Shown: positions 28,000-37,670 of the stretch, piece after piece | Layout: each line of letters starts with the position of its first letter | How positions within the stretch are numbered: position 1 is the stretch's first letter | Source of the DNA: a bacterium | Lineage (GTDB): Bacteria; 4484-113; JAGGVC01 | Assembly: GCA_021158185.1 (NCBI GenBank) | Contig: JAGGVC010000099.1 | Coordinates: forward strand, 1,016 to 65,015 | Length of the DNA stretch: 64,000 bases | Direction: 5' to 3' | The notes under the pieces: generated by a model | The model's database searches: none | Seen by the model: the letters and a program-made list of their open reading frames with translations, nothing else | What the model was told of the DNA's origin: nothing | Position numbers and translations under genes: made by a program

Positions 28000-30135
28000 A
28001 TGCCGACGGAAGCATCACCCAGGCTAAGAATCGGAATCGACGTGGGCGGCACCTTCACTCATGGTGTGGTGTTGAACCTGGAGCGCGATGTTGTTGCATC
28101 GGCGCGCTTTCCAACCACACACCGCGCGAAGTTCGGGGTTGCGGAAGGCATAGTCGATGTCCTGAAAGAGCTTCTAGCCAAGGTTGATCCCGCATCGATA
28201 GAGCTTGTCGCACATTCCACGACACAGGCGACGAACGCGATTCTCGAAGGAGATGTAGCTCCTGTAAGCCTCGTTTTAATCCTAAAGGAAACACAAGCGG
28301 CTCTGGCAAGAGCCTTGTTCAGGGAAACGAGTATCGAGCTGAGCGAGTCGAGTCGAATCGAGCTTTCGCTGCATATGATAGGTCACGACGAACTGCCGCC
28401 TGATCAGGTATGGATGAACGAATTCAGGCGGGAAATCAAAGAAACGCCCGTCATTGCGCTGGTGGAATCGCTGGGTACGGACGATCCGACTGGCGAACTT
28501 GAATCGCTTCTCGCAGGTAAGCTTGGCGATGAAGGGCTTCTTGACACGAGAAGTGTCGTCAGGGCGAGTGAGCTTTCTGCGCGTTTAGGGCTTAAGCTTC
28601 GCGCAAAAACCGCTGTGATAAACGCCGCGATGATACCGAAAATTGTCTCGACCGCGCGCTTTACGCGCGATGCCGTCGAACGCGTTCTCCCCGGAAGGAA
28701 GCTCGTTGTGATGAAGAGCGACGGCGGCGTGATGGATGCGGGAATTATGGAGGATCGTCCGCTTAACTGCGTGCTTTCAGGACCTGCCGCGGGTGCGAGT
28801 GCTGCGATCCATATTTCGAAAATCAGCGACGGGATCTTCCTTGAAGTGGGAGGGACTTCCACCGACATAAGCCTAGTTCTCGCGGGCCGCGTTCGCAAGC
28901 GCGCGGCGACACTCGGCGGACATGTCCTCCATACGCGCTCACTCGACCTCAGAACCGTCGGAGTGGGCGGCGGATCGCTTCTGTGGAAAGACGCGCGCGG
29001 TAGCATTCGCTGCGGGCCGCGCAGCGCGCACATACTGGGGCTTTCATACCTGTCGTACCCGCCCAAGCATCTAGATATGAGCAACATCGAACTCGTTTCC
29101 GCTGATTGCCACTCCCCGCACATCTGCTTTGAAGCCGGTGGTGTCGTCTTCGGCGTCACACTTACGGATGCGGCAAATTATCTTGGCATAATCCCGGAAT
29201 CGGATGACGCATTCAGCGATCACCCGCTTGTTCATAGCGGATTTGAGTCCGCTGCAGGCATTCTGGGGAAGAACCCGGAAGTAATCGCCAGGCGGATGAT
29301 TGGTGAGTGCAGAGAGAGAATAATTGCTGTTATCAAGGGACTTGTTGCAGATTACGCAGCAAGACTTGCTGATCTGAGAATCGTAGGCGGCGGCGGTGGT
29401 GTGCACAGTATCGCGGGTGAAGTCGCGCGCGCGATCGGCCTTCCATTCGAGGTTTCGCCGCATCCCGCGGTAATTTCCGCGGTGGGCGCGGCAGCTGCAG
29501 TTTCCACTTTTTCACACGAGGTGTTCTGCCCGAATCCGGGCGAGAGCGATCTCAAGAAGCTCAAGAGCATAGCGGTCATCGAGCTTGAAAAGGCGGGCGT
29601 TCCCTCGGATCAGATCAAGACGACGTTCGAATTCGATTCCAGGCAAAAGCTTCTCCGCATCGAGGCAGAGGGTGCGCTCGGTTTTGAGAGGATGTACGGC
29701 TACCTCGACGACGACAGCATGCATCTTCGTGCAGCGGAGCTTGCGGGTGTGGATCCGGGATCGACGGTGCTCGTACTCAGGCTTGATTTCACGGCGGCTT
29801 ATGTTGCTGCAAGGATAGGCGCAGGTTTTTTCCGAAGGAAGACTGATGTTCTTGTATGTCTCGACAGGTTCGGACGCTCGCTGATTACGCTTTCAGACGC
29901 GATATATGTGCCGTCAAATGAAATGGAGATCGAGGACAGATTTGCCGAGCTTCTTTCCGCCAATACGAGGTACACGGACGGCGGCGAGACCGCGCCTGAA
30001 GTGTACATTATGACTCAAACGGGGCTTGTCGATCTTTCAAGCTTCATCTCACCGGAGCAGATTTTGGGCGCATTAAGGGCGCACAAGGATGAAATATCCG
30101 GTGATTGCCTTCTGATTGTCCGAAAGCGGGGCTAG
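28000..30135 (+). CDS. Hydantoinase/oxoprolinase A-like (ASKHA) family protein
   Basis: The N-terminal RIGIDVGGTFTHGV is the ASKHA phosphate-1 motif. The second lobe carries VGGGSL and IVGGGGG. The length and layout match HyuA-like proteins. No HyuB partner is adjacent. Confidence 0.6.
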   Translation: MPTEASPRLRIGIDVGGTFTHGVVLNLERDVVASARFPTTHRAKFGVAEGIVDVLKELLAKVDPASIELVAHSTTQATNAILEGDVAPVSLVLILKETQAALARALFRETSIELSESSRIELSLHMIGHDELPPDQVWMNEFRREIKETPVIALVESLGTDDPTGELESLLAGKLGDEGLLDTRSVVRASELSARLGLKLRAKTAVINAAMIPKIVSTARFTRDAVERVLPGRKLVVMKSDGGVMDAGIMEDRPLNCVLSGPAAGASAAIHISKISDGIFLEVGGTSTDISLVLAGRVRKRAATLGGHVLHTRSLDLRTVGVGGGSLLWKDARGSIRCGPRSAHILGLSYLSYPPKHLDMSNIELVSADCHSPHICFEAGGVVFGVTLTDAANYLGIIPESDDAFSDHPLVHSGFESAAGILGKNPEVIARRMIGECRERIIAVIKGLVADYAARLADLRIVGGGGGVHSIAGEVARAIGLPFEVSPHPAVISAVGAAAAVSTFSHEVFCPNPGESDLKKLKSIAVIELEKAGVPSDQIKTTFEFDSRQKLLRIEAEGALGFERMYGYLDDDSMHLRAAELAGVDPGSTVLVLRLDFTAAYVAARIGAGFFRRKTDVLVCLDRFGRSLITLSDAIYVPSNEMEIEDRFAELLSANTRYTDGGETAPEVYIMTQTGLVDLSSFISPEQILGALRAHKDEISGDCLLIVRKRG

Positions 30136-30367
30136 ACCTTGATTTCCGTTGGGCAATTCCTGATTTTGCGCGTATGAGACAAGAAGCACATATTCCCGGA
30201 TCAGGTTATTACACGGATTCCTCTGTGCAAAGCGAAGGCGCGAACTGATTTTATCCTTATTGATAATGAATACATGCGATTGCGCGGCCGGGATACTTCG
30301 TCGGGTATTTCTTATGTTATTATTTCTCCTTGCCTTTTTTGGGCGAATACTGTGCGAGGGAAGCAGG

Positions 30368-32446
30368 ATGGCGCAAATACCCATTGAAAAGATTCGTAAC
30401 ATAGCGTTAACCGGTCATGGAGGATGCGGGAAGACAATACTTGCGGAAGCGTTGCTTTATGCCGCAGGTGCAACGACTCGGATGGGTAAGATCGAGGATG
30501 GAAATACCGTCAGCGATTACCATAGTGAAGAAATCAAGCGCGGATTCTCGATTTTCACAAGTTTGATTCCGTTTTCGACGGAGGAGCATCAGATAACAGT
30601 TCTCGATACGCCCGGTTACCAGGATTTTGTTGGCGAGATGCTGGCGGGACTTAGTGTGGTTGATTCCACGATCATCGTCGTCAACGGTCAGGCAGGAGTC
30701 GAGACTCAGACCGAGAAAGCCTGGGCGGTATGCGAGGATTTCAAGCTTCCGAAGTTGATTTTTATTTCCCAGCTCGAAAAGGAAGGAGCGGATTACTTCC
30801 GAGTGCTGGATGAGCTTCGAAAACGATTCAAATCATCCATCGCACCGTTTGTGATTCCTATCGGTGAACAGCAAAATTTCTCCGGGGTCGTTGACATCCT
30901 TACAGGGAAAGCCTTCTACGTGGAAGGCAAGAACGCCCGCGAGGACAAAGTTCCTGCTGATATGGCTGACCGCGTCGAGGAAATGCGGATGAACCTCATC
31001 GAGGCCATTGTTGAGAACGACGATGAGTTGATGGAGATGTTCCTTGCAGACGAGGAGATTCCTGAGGAACGTCTCATCGCGACGATGCGCTCTGCAACAT
31101 TGAGTGGAGCGCTTGTTCCATGCTTTGCAGGCGCAGCCGAGAAACTGATAGGCGTTCACCCGCTGCTGGCAGGTATCAGAGAACTTCTTCCATCCCCGAT
31201 CCACAAAGAAAAAATTGTGGGTACGAAGCCCGGTGGTGCCGGTGAGGAAGTGCGAAGATCGGATTCCGGCGAACCTTTCAGTGCAAGGGTGTTCAAGATC
31301 GAAGAGTCGGCAATGGGAAATCTGACGTTTTTCAGGGTTTACTCAGGATGTCTGAAGCCCGGAGACCAATTTAGTAATCCTCAATCCAGAAGTATGGAGA
31401 AAGTTTCTACATTGCTTCGCATGATCGGCAAGAATCGCGAGGATGTAAACGATGCTTTCGCGGGTGACATTCTCGCCACAGTCAAGCTCAAGGAAACGCG
31501 CCGTGGGGATACGATATGCGATAAAGATCATCCGATCGTTCTCCCTGGAGTCGAATATCCGCATCCGCTTGCCTTTGAGGCGATCGAGGTTGAGAGCAAG
31601 AGTGACCTTGAAAAAGTGTCTGCTGGTTTGAACAATTACTCGCAGGTAGATCCCACGTTATTTTTCGAACAGGATCCCGAGACTCGCGAGCTTGTCCTTA
31701 AGGGCATGGGCGAACTTCAACTCGATGTATACAGGTCTCTCGTCTGTGAAAAATATAAGGTGTCATTCGGTTTCAGGGAGCCGAAAATTCCCTACCGTGA
31801 AACAATCCGCGCGGTAGCAAGCGCACAAGGCAAGCACAAGAAACAGACGGGCGGACGAGGGCAGTATGGTGATGTCTGGCTTGAGCTTACACCCAAGGAA
31901 CGCGGTGAAGGCTTCGAGTTCAATAATGCGATTGTTGGAGGAGTTGTACCGGGTAAGTTCATTCCAGCTGTCGAAAAGGGCGTTGTCGAAACGATGATGA
32001 CCGGACCACTTGCCGGATGCCAAGTAGTGGATCTCCAGGTCAAGCTTTACGATGGAAGTTATCACAACGTCGATTCGAGCGAAATGGCATTCAAGACAGC
32101 CGCGAGTATCGGCTTTAAGTCCGCATTCGAGAATGCACGGCCGGTTCTTCTCGAACCCGTGTTTGCAGTGCAGATAACAGTACCTGAAGCATTCATGGGC
32201 GATGTTATGGGCGACATAAACAGCCGTCGTGGCAGACTTCAGGGAATGGACTCTCCGGCGCCGGGTGTACAGGTGATAAAGGCACATGTGCCGCTTGCAG
32301 AGCTCTATAAGTACGTTAATACACTGAGATCGATGACGCAGGGCAGGGGTAATTTCGAGATGGTATTCTCCCATTACGAAGAAGTTCCGGAGGAGATAGC
32401 ATCCAAGATTATTGAAGCCTACAGGAAGGAGCGAGAGGAAGGATAG
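30368..32446 (+). CDS. Elongation factor G paralog (EF-G2-like translational GTPase)
   Basis: The G1 motif is NIALTGHGGCGKT and the DxxG motif is DTPGYQDF. The five-domain EF-G layout is intact to the C-terminus. The start is at the ATG at 30368, which has an AGGGAAG Shine-Dalgarno. The track's 30260 start adds an unlikely Cys-rich leader. Confidence 0.8.
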   Translation: MAQIPIEKIRNIALTGHGGCGKTILAEALLYAAGATTRMGKIEDGNTVSDYHSEEIKRGFSIFTSLIPFSTEEHQITVLDTPGYQDFVGEMLAGLSVVDSTIIVVNGQAGVETQTEKAWAVCEDFKLPKLIFISQLEKEGADYFRVLDELRKRFKSSIAPFVIPIGEQQNFSGVVDILTGKAFYVEGKNAREDKVPADMADRVEEMRMNLIEAIVENDDELMEMFLADEEIPEERLIATMRSATLSGALVPCFAGAAEKLIGVHPLLAGIRELLPSPIHKEKIVGTKPGGAGEEVRRSDSGEPFSARVFKIEESAMGNLTFFRVYSGCLKPGDQFSNPQSRSMEKVSTLLRMIGKNREDVNDAFAGDILATVKLKETRRGDTICDKDHPIVLPGVEYPHPLAFEAIEVESKSDLEKVSAGLNNYSQVDPTLFFEQDPETRELVLKGMGELQLDVYRSLVCEKYKVSFGFREPKIPYRETIRAVASAQGKHKKQTGGRGQYGDVWLELTPKERGEGFEFNNAIVGGVVPGKFIPAVEKGVVETMMTGPLAGCQVVDLQVKLYDGSYHNVDSSEMAFKTAASIGFKSAFENARPVLLEPVFAVQITVPEAFMGDVMGDINSRRGRLQGMDSPAPGVQVIKAHVPLAELYKYVNTLRSMTQGRGNFEMVFSHYEEVPEEIASKIIEAYRKEREEG

Positions 32447-32504
32447 ATTACCGATTTCGGCATCGCTGGGCTTCCGCTCGTGCCTAAATATCATTAGTGA
32501 TTAC

Positions 32505-32537
32505 GTGAAAAAACGCCCCTGTTTCGGGGCGTTTTTC
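32505..32537. terminator. Bidirectional Rho-independent terminator between the convergent EF-G2 and cohesin-lipoprotein genes
   Basis: The sequence is gtgAAAAAACGCCCCtgtttcGGGGCGTTTTTcg. A GC-rich 7-8 bp stem is flanked by an A-tract on one side and a T-tract on the other. Confidence 0.8.
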
Positions 32538-32570
32538 GTATGCAGACTACATTATCAAAAAGTCCCGCGG

Positions 32571-34865
32571 CTAGCCGATCGAGGAAATCGGCTGGGTGGG
32601 ATCGAGATCGTCAGGATTTACTGGCGGATTCTGCTGATCGGGCGGAGGCTCGCCTTCGTCCGGCGGAATGTCCTCGGGAGGAGGCACAGTTACGCCCGGA
32701 CGACCATCAGGTGTAACCTCACCCGGACGTACGCCTGTACCGGCACCGCCCCGATAATCGTATTCGCCTTCGGGCGGGACTCCACCTTCGTATCGTGGAG
32801 GGGCTCCTCCTGTTGCTGGCGGACCCGTGCCTGGAATCGACGGAGCAAAGCCGCCTTCAGGCGTAGCTTGCTCCGAAATCTCTGTTGGAACTTCGGGCTC
32901 CGGTGGCTCGACATACATCGTCTGGATTGTTGAAAGACCGTCCGTGGGCGGAGGAAGCTGGTTGTCGCCAGCACTGTCCTGGATGTAACGGAAATTCGAG
33001 TCGGGCGATATGCCAAATCCTAATTCTTCCATATCCGGAGGTATCGGCATCCTGGCTTCGAACGAAATAGTAAACGCTTTACCGCTTCCCCTGACCGAAC
33101 GGATGATGTCATCTAGCGATATCGCCACGGTAACCAGCCCGCTAGACCTGTCCGGCTGAGCGTAGAAAAGAGTAACATCCCTGCCGCCGTCGAACAGGTT
33201 GCCGAGCTCGACCGAGCCAATATCGAAGTTATTCAGGTCGAAAGTGATACCGAGAAGCGAACGCCTGTAATCGGGAATATTCTTGACGTTGACAGCCACG
33301 TCGAGCGTGTCACCCGGTTCGAGGCCGTTTTCCGGCATCTCGTATTCGAGTTCGACCTTGGGCTGGGGGGTAAGCACCTCACAATCGAGCGCGGTCGGCT
33401 CCGTGAGTGGCACACCCTTGTTGTTTACGACAGTGAGGCTAATCGTGACATTCTCAGCCGTATCCGGAATCCAGCGGATAAACGGATCATCCGTTGTCAG
33501 CGAAACGAAGGTCTTACTTTCGAGCGCCAGAGCTTCCTCTTGGTCCCTGGTATCTATTTCATTCTGGATCTGGCTTTGGATATCGTCTATGAGTGCACTG
33601 CCCAGGTCGGTTTCATCATCGCCGAAAGTCTCCCAGGGCGTGGGCCACAGGCGGGAACCCGGTTTGCCGGAAGCTTCAGTCGCTTCACGATCCAACAGGC
33701 TTGCACCGACCGGCTCGTCCTCGACAGTTTGGGTATCCTCCGATTCGAATTCGACGTCGGCGGGCTCAGCTTCACCATCAGCCTCTTCTATTGATAGGGG
33801 ATCGCTTTTGGATTCTCCCTCATCAGCATTATCCGAATCGTCGGCTTTACTCTCGACTGCTGTGGTTTCGGATGAAACGCCTTCACCCGGTGTTTCAGCT
33901 TCAAATTTGGCGGATTCAGGTGCTTCATCTTCGTTTTTACCCGTTTCATCTTTATCGGACTCAACGGAATTATCTGTGGATCCTTCTGCTCCTTCGTCCT
34001 TCACGATTTCGACAGGCTGTGTTTCATCCGCATCATCTTCGAGTGCAAGAACGGCATATCTCACGCTTGGAGCGTTTTTCAGCCACGAGTTTGCGAGGAT
34101 ATTTCCGGTGCGACTGGAGGCGATTACTTCTCCGAGAGTGATCCCGCTCGGTGGCTCGACATTAGTTTCGGTAATTGCATCGGAAGGCAGCTTTTCACCA
34201 GGTGTTCTCGGTTCAGTTCTGTCGGTTTCACCTTGTAGTGCTTGAATCTGAGGAGGCGGAACGGGCTCGCCTTCCTTGAACTTGCCATTATCAATACTGG
34301 GAGTTGGTCTTGACTGTACGGCTTCATCGGGATTCACGGCACCCGGTATCACTTTGCCGTCAATAGTCTTTTCACCCGGTGGTGTCTCAGGCGTAACGCC
34401 CTCAGTCAAACCGGAAGGTGTTTCGGGCGGTGCGCCAACAAACTTTGCAGCCTCGGTAATCGAGGCGAGATGCTCCCTGTCTTTTTCAAGAACCGGCAGA
34501 AGCTTCCCGCTCGTTACGGTCCACTCGTACTGGACATCCTTACTGCTGGGATTGCTCACGAGAGCGTAAACGTTGTACGGCTGGTTGACTTCTATCTGCC
34601 CGACCTCCAGGCTTATCTGCATAATGGACACGGGAAGCTCCGAAGGCGTTTTGTTGGATGTTTCGTACTGCCCCTTGGGGTTGCCGTATTTTTCCGGTGT
34701 ACGGGTCTGTGTTCCGAAGTTCTTGTTGTAGGAAGGGTTAGTCTGAAGTGTATTGCTGGACGATGTACACGCCAGGCTGGCGAGAAGCGACAGCAATGAT
34801 ATTAACGCTATCAACACAAGTCCCAAATGTTTTCTGCTCATAAAGGAACCCATCCTTGCAACCAA
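32571..34865 (-). CDS. Large surface lipoprotein with an acidic Pro/Glu/Thr-rich linker and a cohesin-like domain
   Basis: Lipobox LLASLAC. There are long low-complexity E/P/D/T segments. A cohesin-like block sits near the C-terminal third (ALDCEVLTPQPKVELEY...GDTLDVAVNVKNIPDYRRSLLGITFDLNNFDIG...VTVAISL). The C-terminus is Pro/Gly-rich. Confidence 0.5.
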   Translation of the reverse strand: MVARMGSFMSRKHLGLVLIALISLLSLLASLACTSSSNTLQTNPSYNKNFGTQTRTPEKYGNPKGQYETSNKTPSELPVSIMQISLEVGQIEVNQPYNVYALVSNPSSKDVQYEWTVTSGKLLPVLEKDREHLASITEAAKFVGAPPETPSGLTEGVTPETPPGEKTIDGKVIPGAVNPDEAVQSRPTPSIDNGKFKEGEPVPPPQIQALQGETDRTEPRTPGEKLPSDAITETNVEPPSGITLGEVIASSRTGNILANSWLKNAPSVRYAVLALEDDADETQPVEIVKDEGAEGSTDNSVESDKDETGKNEDEAPESAKFEAETPGEGVSSETTAVESKADDSDNADEGESKSDPLSIEEADGEAEPADVEFESEDTQTVEDEPVGASLLDREATEASGKPGSRLWPTPWETFGDDETDLGSALIDDIQSQIQNEIDTRDQEEALALESKTFVSLTTDDPFIRWIPDTAENVTISLTVVNNKGVPLTEPTALDCEVLTPQPKVELEYEMPENGLEPGDTLDVAVNVKNIPDYRRSLLGITFDLNNFDIGSVELGNLFDGGRDVTLFYAQPDRSSGLVTVAISLDDIIRSVRGSGKAFTISFEARMPIPPDMEELGFGISPDSNFRYIQDSAGDNQLPPPTDGLSTIQTMYVEPPEPEVPTEISEQATPEGGFAPSIPGTGPPATGGAPPRYEGGVPPEGEYDYRGGAGTGVRPGEVTPDGRPGVTVPPPEDIPPDEGEPPPDQQNPPVNPDDLDPTQPISSIG

Positions 34866-35047
34866 TTTGCTCCGCCCGTTGAAGAACGGACGGATAACTT
34901 GACGGAATTCAGGCGACCGTGTTCGATTGAGAGCCGCGAGAAAAACCGCTCCTTACCCACATAATTCTACCCTAACTTTGCAACAATTTAAGGTAGAGGA
35001 AGAGATTATATCAGGAATCTGAAATTCCTAATTCAAGCCTGGAAACA

Positions 35048-36172
35048 CTAGCGCGCCTTGCTGATGAATTTTTCTACAATGCGCGCGAATTCCTCTTCGG
35101 ATTCGCGCCAGTCAAACTTCTGTGCAAGCTCAAACGCCTTGTTTCCGAGATCGGCGCGTTTTTCGGGATCGCAAACAAGGACTTCAAGCATTTGGCGCGC
35201 ATCGGAGATGCTCTCGACAGGGCAGGTCACTGCTGTTTCACGATGAGCCGTGGAGTTGAATGCAACCGTTGGTAAACGCGCGAACGCAGCTTCAACAACC
35301 GGAAGCCCGAATCCTTCCCAGCGCGAGAGCGTTGCGTACACATCGCACAGCTTGTAAAGGGCTGCAAGTTCGTTTGGCTCGGGCGATTCGAATACGATCG
35401 CGCCCAGCTTCCGCAAAATTTCAATCGAACGTGCAGTGCCAATTCCGGCGAGGACGAGCCTGACATTGTGACCATTGTTGCGAACAGCTTCCACGGTTTC
35501 GGCAAGTTCCAGAACTCCCTTGTACGGATGGGAATCGTAATCGAGCCTGCTAACGCACAGGATGAGCAAAGGAGGTTCGGACTGCCCGCGATGCATCGAC
35601 TTAACCGCGTTGGCGAGAGAGTCGTCGGGTATTGGCAGATGGTTGCCGCCAGGGTAAACGATTTCGGTTTTTCTCTGAATTCTCGGCGGAAGCCTATCCT
35701 TGAGAAACCTGGAAATAGTGATGATCTGTTCATTGTGTTTCATGTGACGGATATCGCTTGAATTGAGATAGAGCCTGTTTAATCGGGTGATGAGTTTGAG
35801 TCCTTCCGTCGGTGGATTTCCGAAATGGAGATGAATCGTCGGGACACCGAGGATTTTTCCTGCGCCGTAAAATGGAAAACTGGCGGGGATAGCGATATCG
35901 ATTCTGTCGGGCGGTTTAAGCTCCAAATCGAGCTTTTTCAGCGTTTTACCCGCATCGGCCTCGAAGAACGGCAGAAACTTGTTTGCCTTGTCATTTGACA
36001 GATGCATGGGAGCGATTTTGTACGGTGTGGCGCTGAATGTCTCGGGATCTTGATCGAAGCAATAAACAGTAACGCGATGTGTGCGCGCGTCAAGAGCGCG
36101 CGCCCACCGATCAACTACGAGATCGACACCGAATCCCTTCTTCATCCTGATTGTAAAAAACGCTATGTTCAT
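35048..36172 (-). CDS. Glycosyltransferase family 4 (GT-B)
   Basis: 374 aa. The C-terminal EX7E region is SRWEGFGLPVVEAAFARLPTVAFNS. Confidence 0.7.
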   Translation of the reverse strand: MNIAFFTIRMKKGFGVDLVVDRWARALDARTHRVTVYCFDQDPETFSATPYKIAPMHLSNDKANKFLPFFEADAGKTLKKLDLELKPPDRIDIAIPASFPFYGAGKILGVPTIHLHFGNPPTEGLKLITRLNRLYLNSSDIRHMKHNEQIITISRFLKDRLPPRIQRKTEIVYPGGNHLPIPDDSLANAVKSMHRGQSEPPLLILCVSRLDYDSHPYKGVLELAETVEAVRNNGHNVRLVLAGIGTARSIEILRKLGAIVFESPEPNELAALYKLCDVYATLSRWEGFGLPVVEAAFARLPTVAFNSTAHRETAVTCPVESISDARQMLEVLVCDPEKRADLGNKAFELAQKFDWRESEEEFARIVEKFISKAR

Positions 36173-36247
36173 CTTGCCTTCACTATGAATCTCGCTTTGC
36201 TGTTTCCCGAATCAAAGGCAGATTCCTGCATCAGCCCGCATCTTGGC

Positions 36248-37543
36248 TTACTCAGATGAGCCTTCATCATCCTCGCTGATCGATTCAAGCGTTGCCAGCA
36301 CATTCTCAAGCCGGTCGAGCTCTCTCCTTACGTCTTCGAAGTTGGATGAGGCGTGCCGTAGCTGGTTCGATGCCTTTCCGTAGCTTTCATCAACCCTGCC
36401 GAGCGCCGCCCTTAAAGCACTGAGCCCGTCGATTATTTTCCGGGCGTTTTCGTGAACCTTCAAACCCTTAAGCCCGAGAAGCAAGGTTTGGATGTACGCG
36501 TATAATACCTGCGGGCTTACCGGAATTACGCGCTTTTCGCGCGCGTGCGCGAGTACTCCGCTATCACCTCCCGCGATCGTCTCGTTCGTAAGAAGCTCGT
36601 AATACACGTTCTCAGCCGGTATGTACATCAGCGCAAAGTCGAAAGTTCCCGATTGTGGTCGGATGTATCCTGCAACCTTGTCGATATGACCCTTGATATC
36701 ACGTGCGAGCTGCCTTGCAGCGGTTTCCCTGGCGCTTTCATCCTCAGCTTCCTGGAGTTTTACGAAGGATTCCATCGGGAACTTGCTGTCGACGGGGACG
36801 ATGCCGTCCGGTAGCCTGATGATCGCGTCTACCAGGCCGCCGTCCGGAAGCTGATATTGGGCCTTCCATCGGTCGCTGGGCAGTAAATCCTTGAGCATGT
36901 TTTCCAGCAGAAGTTCGCCGAATCCGCCGCGGAGCTTCGGTGCGGCTAGGATATCCCTGAGTTTTCGAATGTCCACACCGACATTGAGCATCTGGTCGCT
37001 CGCGCTCTTGAGTTCGGCGAGTCTTTTCTGGAGTTCGTCGATTGATTGCTGGCTCGTTGCGAGTCTGGCATCTATGACCGCGTTGACCTCTTTCATCCGG
37101 TTATCAAGCGATTCTGTGGTCGTGGCCATACGCTTGTCGATGCTCGTAACGGTCTGTGAAATCGTGCTCTGAACCTGCTTCCCCAGCCCGTCGAACTTGT
37201 CTTGGATATTCTTGTCGGTGCCCGCAATTTCCTTGCGCGCATCGTTGAAGGTGCGAGTCAGCGTTTCGGAAAGACCGTCCAGGTTTTGGCGAACGATTTG
37301 CGTAGTTTCGGTCTGCGATTCACCGAGCGCTTTCGTGACCTTCTCGCGGATATCGCCGGTTTCACGCAGGAACGCTTCGGAAAGCCTGCGTTCCATATCT
37401 GTCACCTGCGACGATATGCGCGTCAATTCTTCGATTTCCCGCCCAGATGTGCGCCTTCGCATGAGTGCAATCAGCCAAACCTGAAGAATGATGATTGCAA
37501 CAGCAAAAACACCAAAGACAATACTGGCTGTAAGCGATTCCAT
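36248..37543 (-). CDS. rmuC: DNA recombination protein RmuC
   Basis: An N-terminal transmembrane segment is followed by a long coiled-coil region and then the C-terminal nuclease-like RmuC domain (LPDGIVPVDSKFPMESF...ALMYIPAENVYYEL). Confidence 0.75.
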   Translation of the reverse strand: MESLTASIVFGVFAVAIIILQVWLIALMRRRTSGREIEELTRISSQVTDMERRLSEAFLRETGDIREKVTKALGESQTETTQIVRQNLDGLSETLTRTFNDARKEIAGTDKNIQDKFDGLGKQVQSTISQTVTSIDKRMATTTESLDNRMKEVNAVIDARLATSQQSIDELQKRLAELKSASDQMLNVGVDIRKLRDILAAPKLRGGFGELLLENMLKDLLPSDRWKAQYQLPDGGLVDAIIRLPDGIVPVDSKFPMESFVKLQEAEDESARETAARQLARDIKGHIDKVAGYIRPQSGTFDFALMYIPAENVYYELLTNETIAGGDSGVLAHAREKRVIPVSPQVLYAYIQTLLLGLKGLKVHENARKIIDGLSALRAALGRVDESYGKASNQLRHASSNFEDVRRELDRLENVLATLESISEDDEGSSE

Positions 37544-37550
37544 GAAGGTG

Positions 37551-37559
37551 ATTATATCA
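37551..37559 (-). promoter_or_regulatory. Perfect extended -10 (TGATATAAT) 7 nt upstream of the rmuC ATG; possible leaderless transcript
   Basis: The minus strand reads cagcaccTGATATAATcaccttcATG. No convincing -35 element sits at 17 nt. The spacing implies a transcription start at or near the start codon. Confidence 0.25.
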
Positions 37560-37670
37560 GGTGCTGTAAACTGTGCGATGGGCTTTGAGCATTACCCCCT
37601 CGCTTTCAGGACAAAACGGTTGAAATAAGGTATGCGGATGACTCGGAACGCTGAAATGCTGAGAAATGAA

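Noticed and set aside
33283-34245. 320-aa Ser-rich plus-strand ORF and the 33593..34141 ORF
   Set aside because: They are antisense to the acidic E/P/T-rich lipoprotein gene. The complementary low-complexity sequence yields S/A-rich nonsense frames.
32571-34865. Possibility that the repetitive acidic lipoprotein gene region is a CRISPR-like or tandem-repeat array
   Set aside because: The repeats are degenerate and protein-coding (E/P/T linkers). There is no regular repeat-spacer structure. No CRISPR array or cas gene was seen anywhere in the window.
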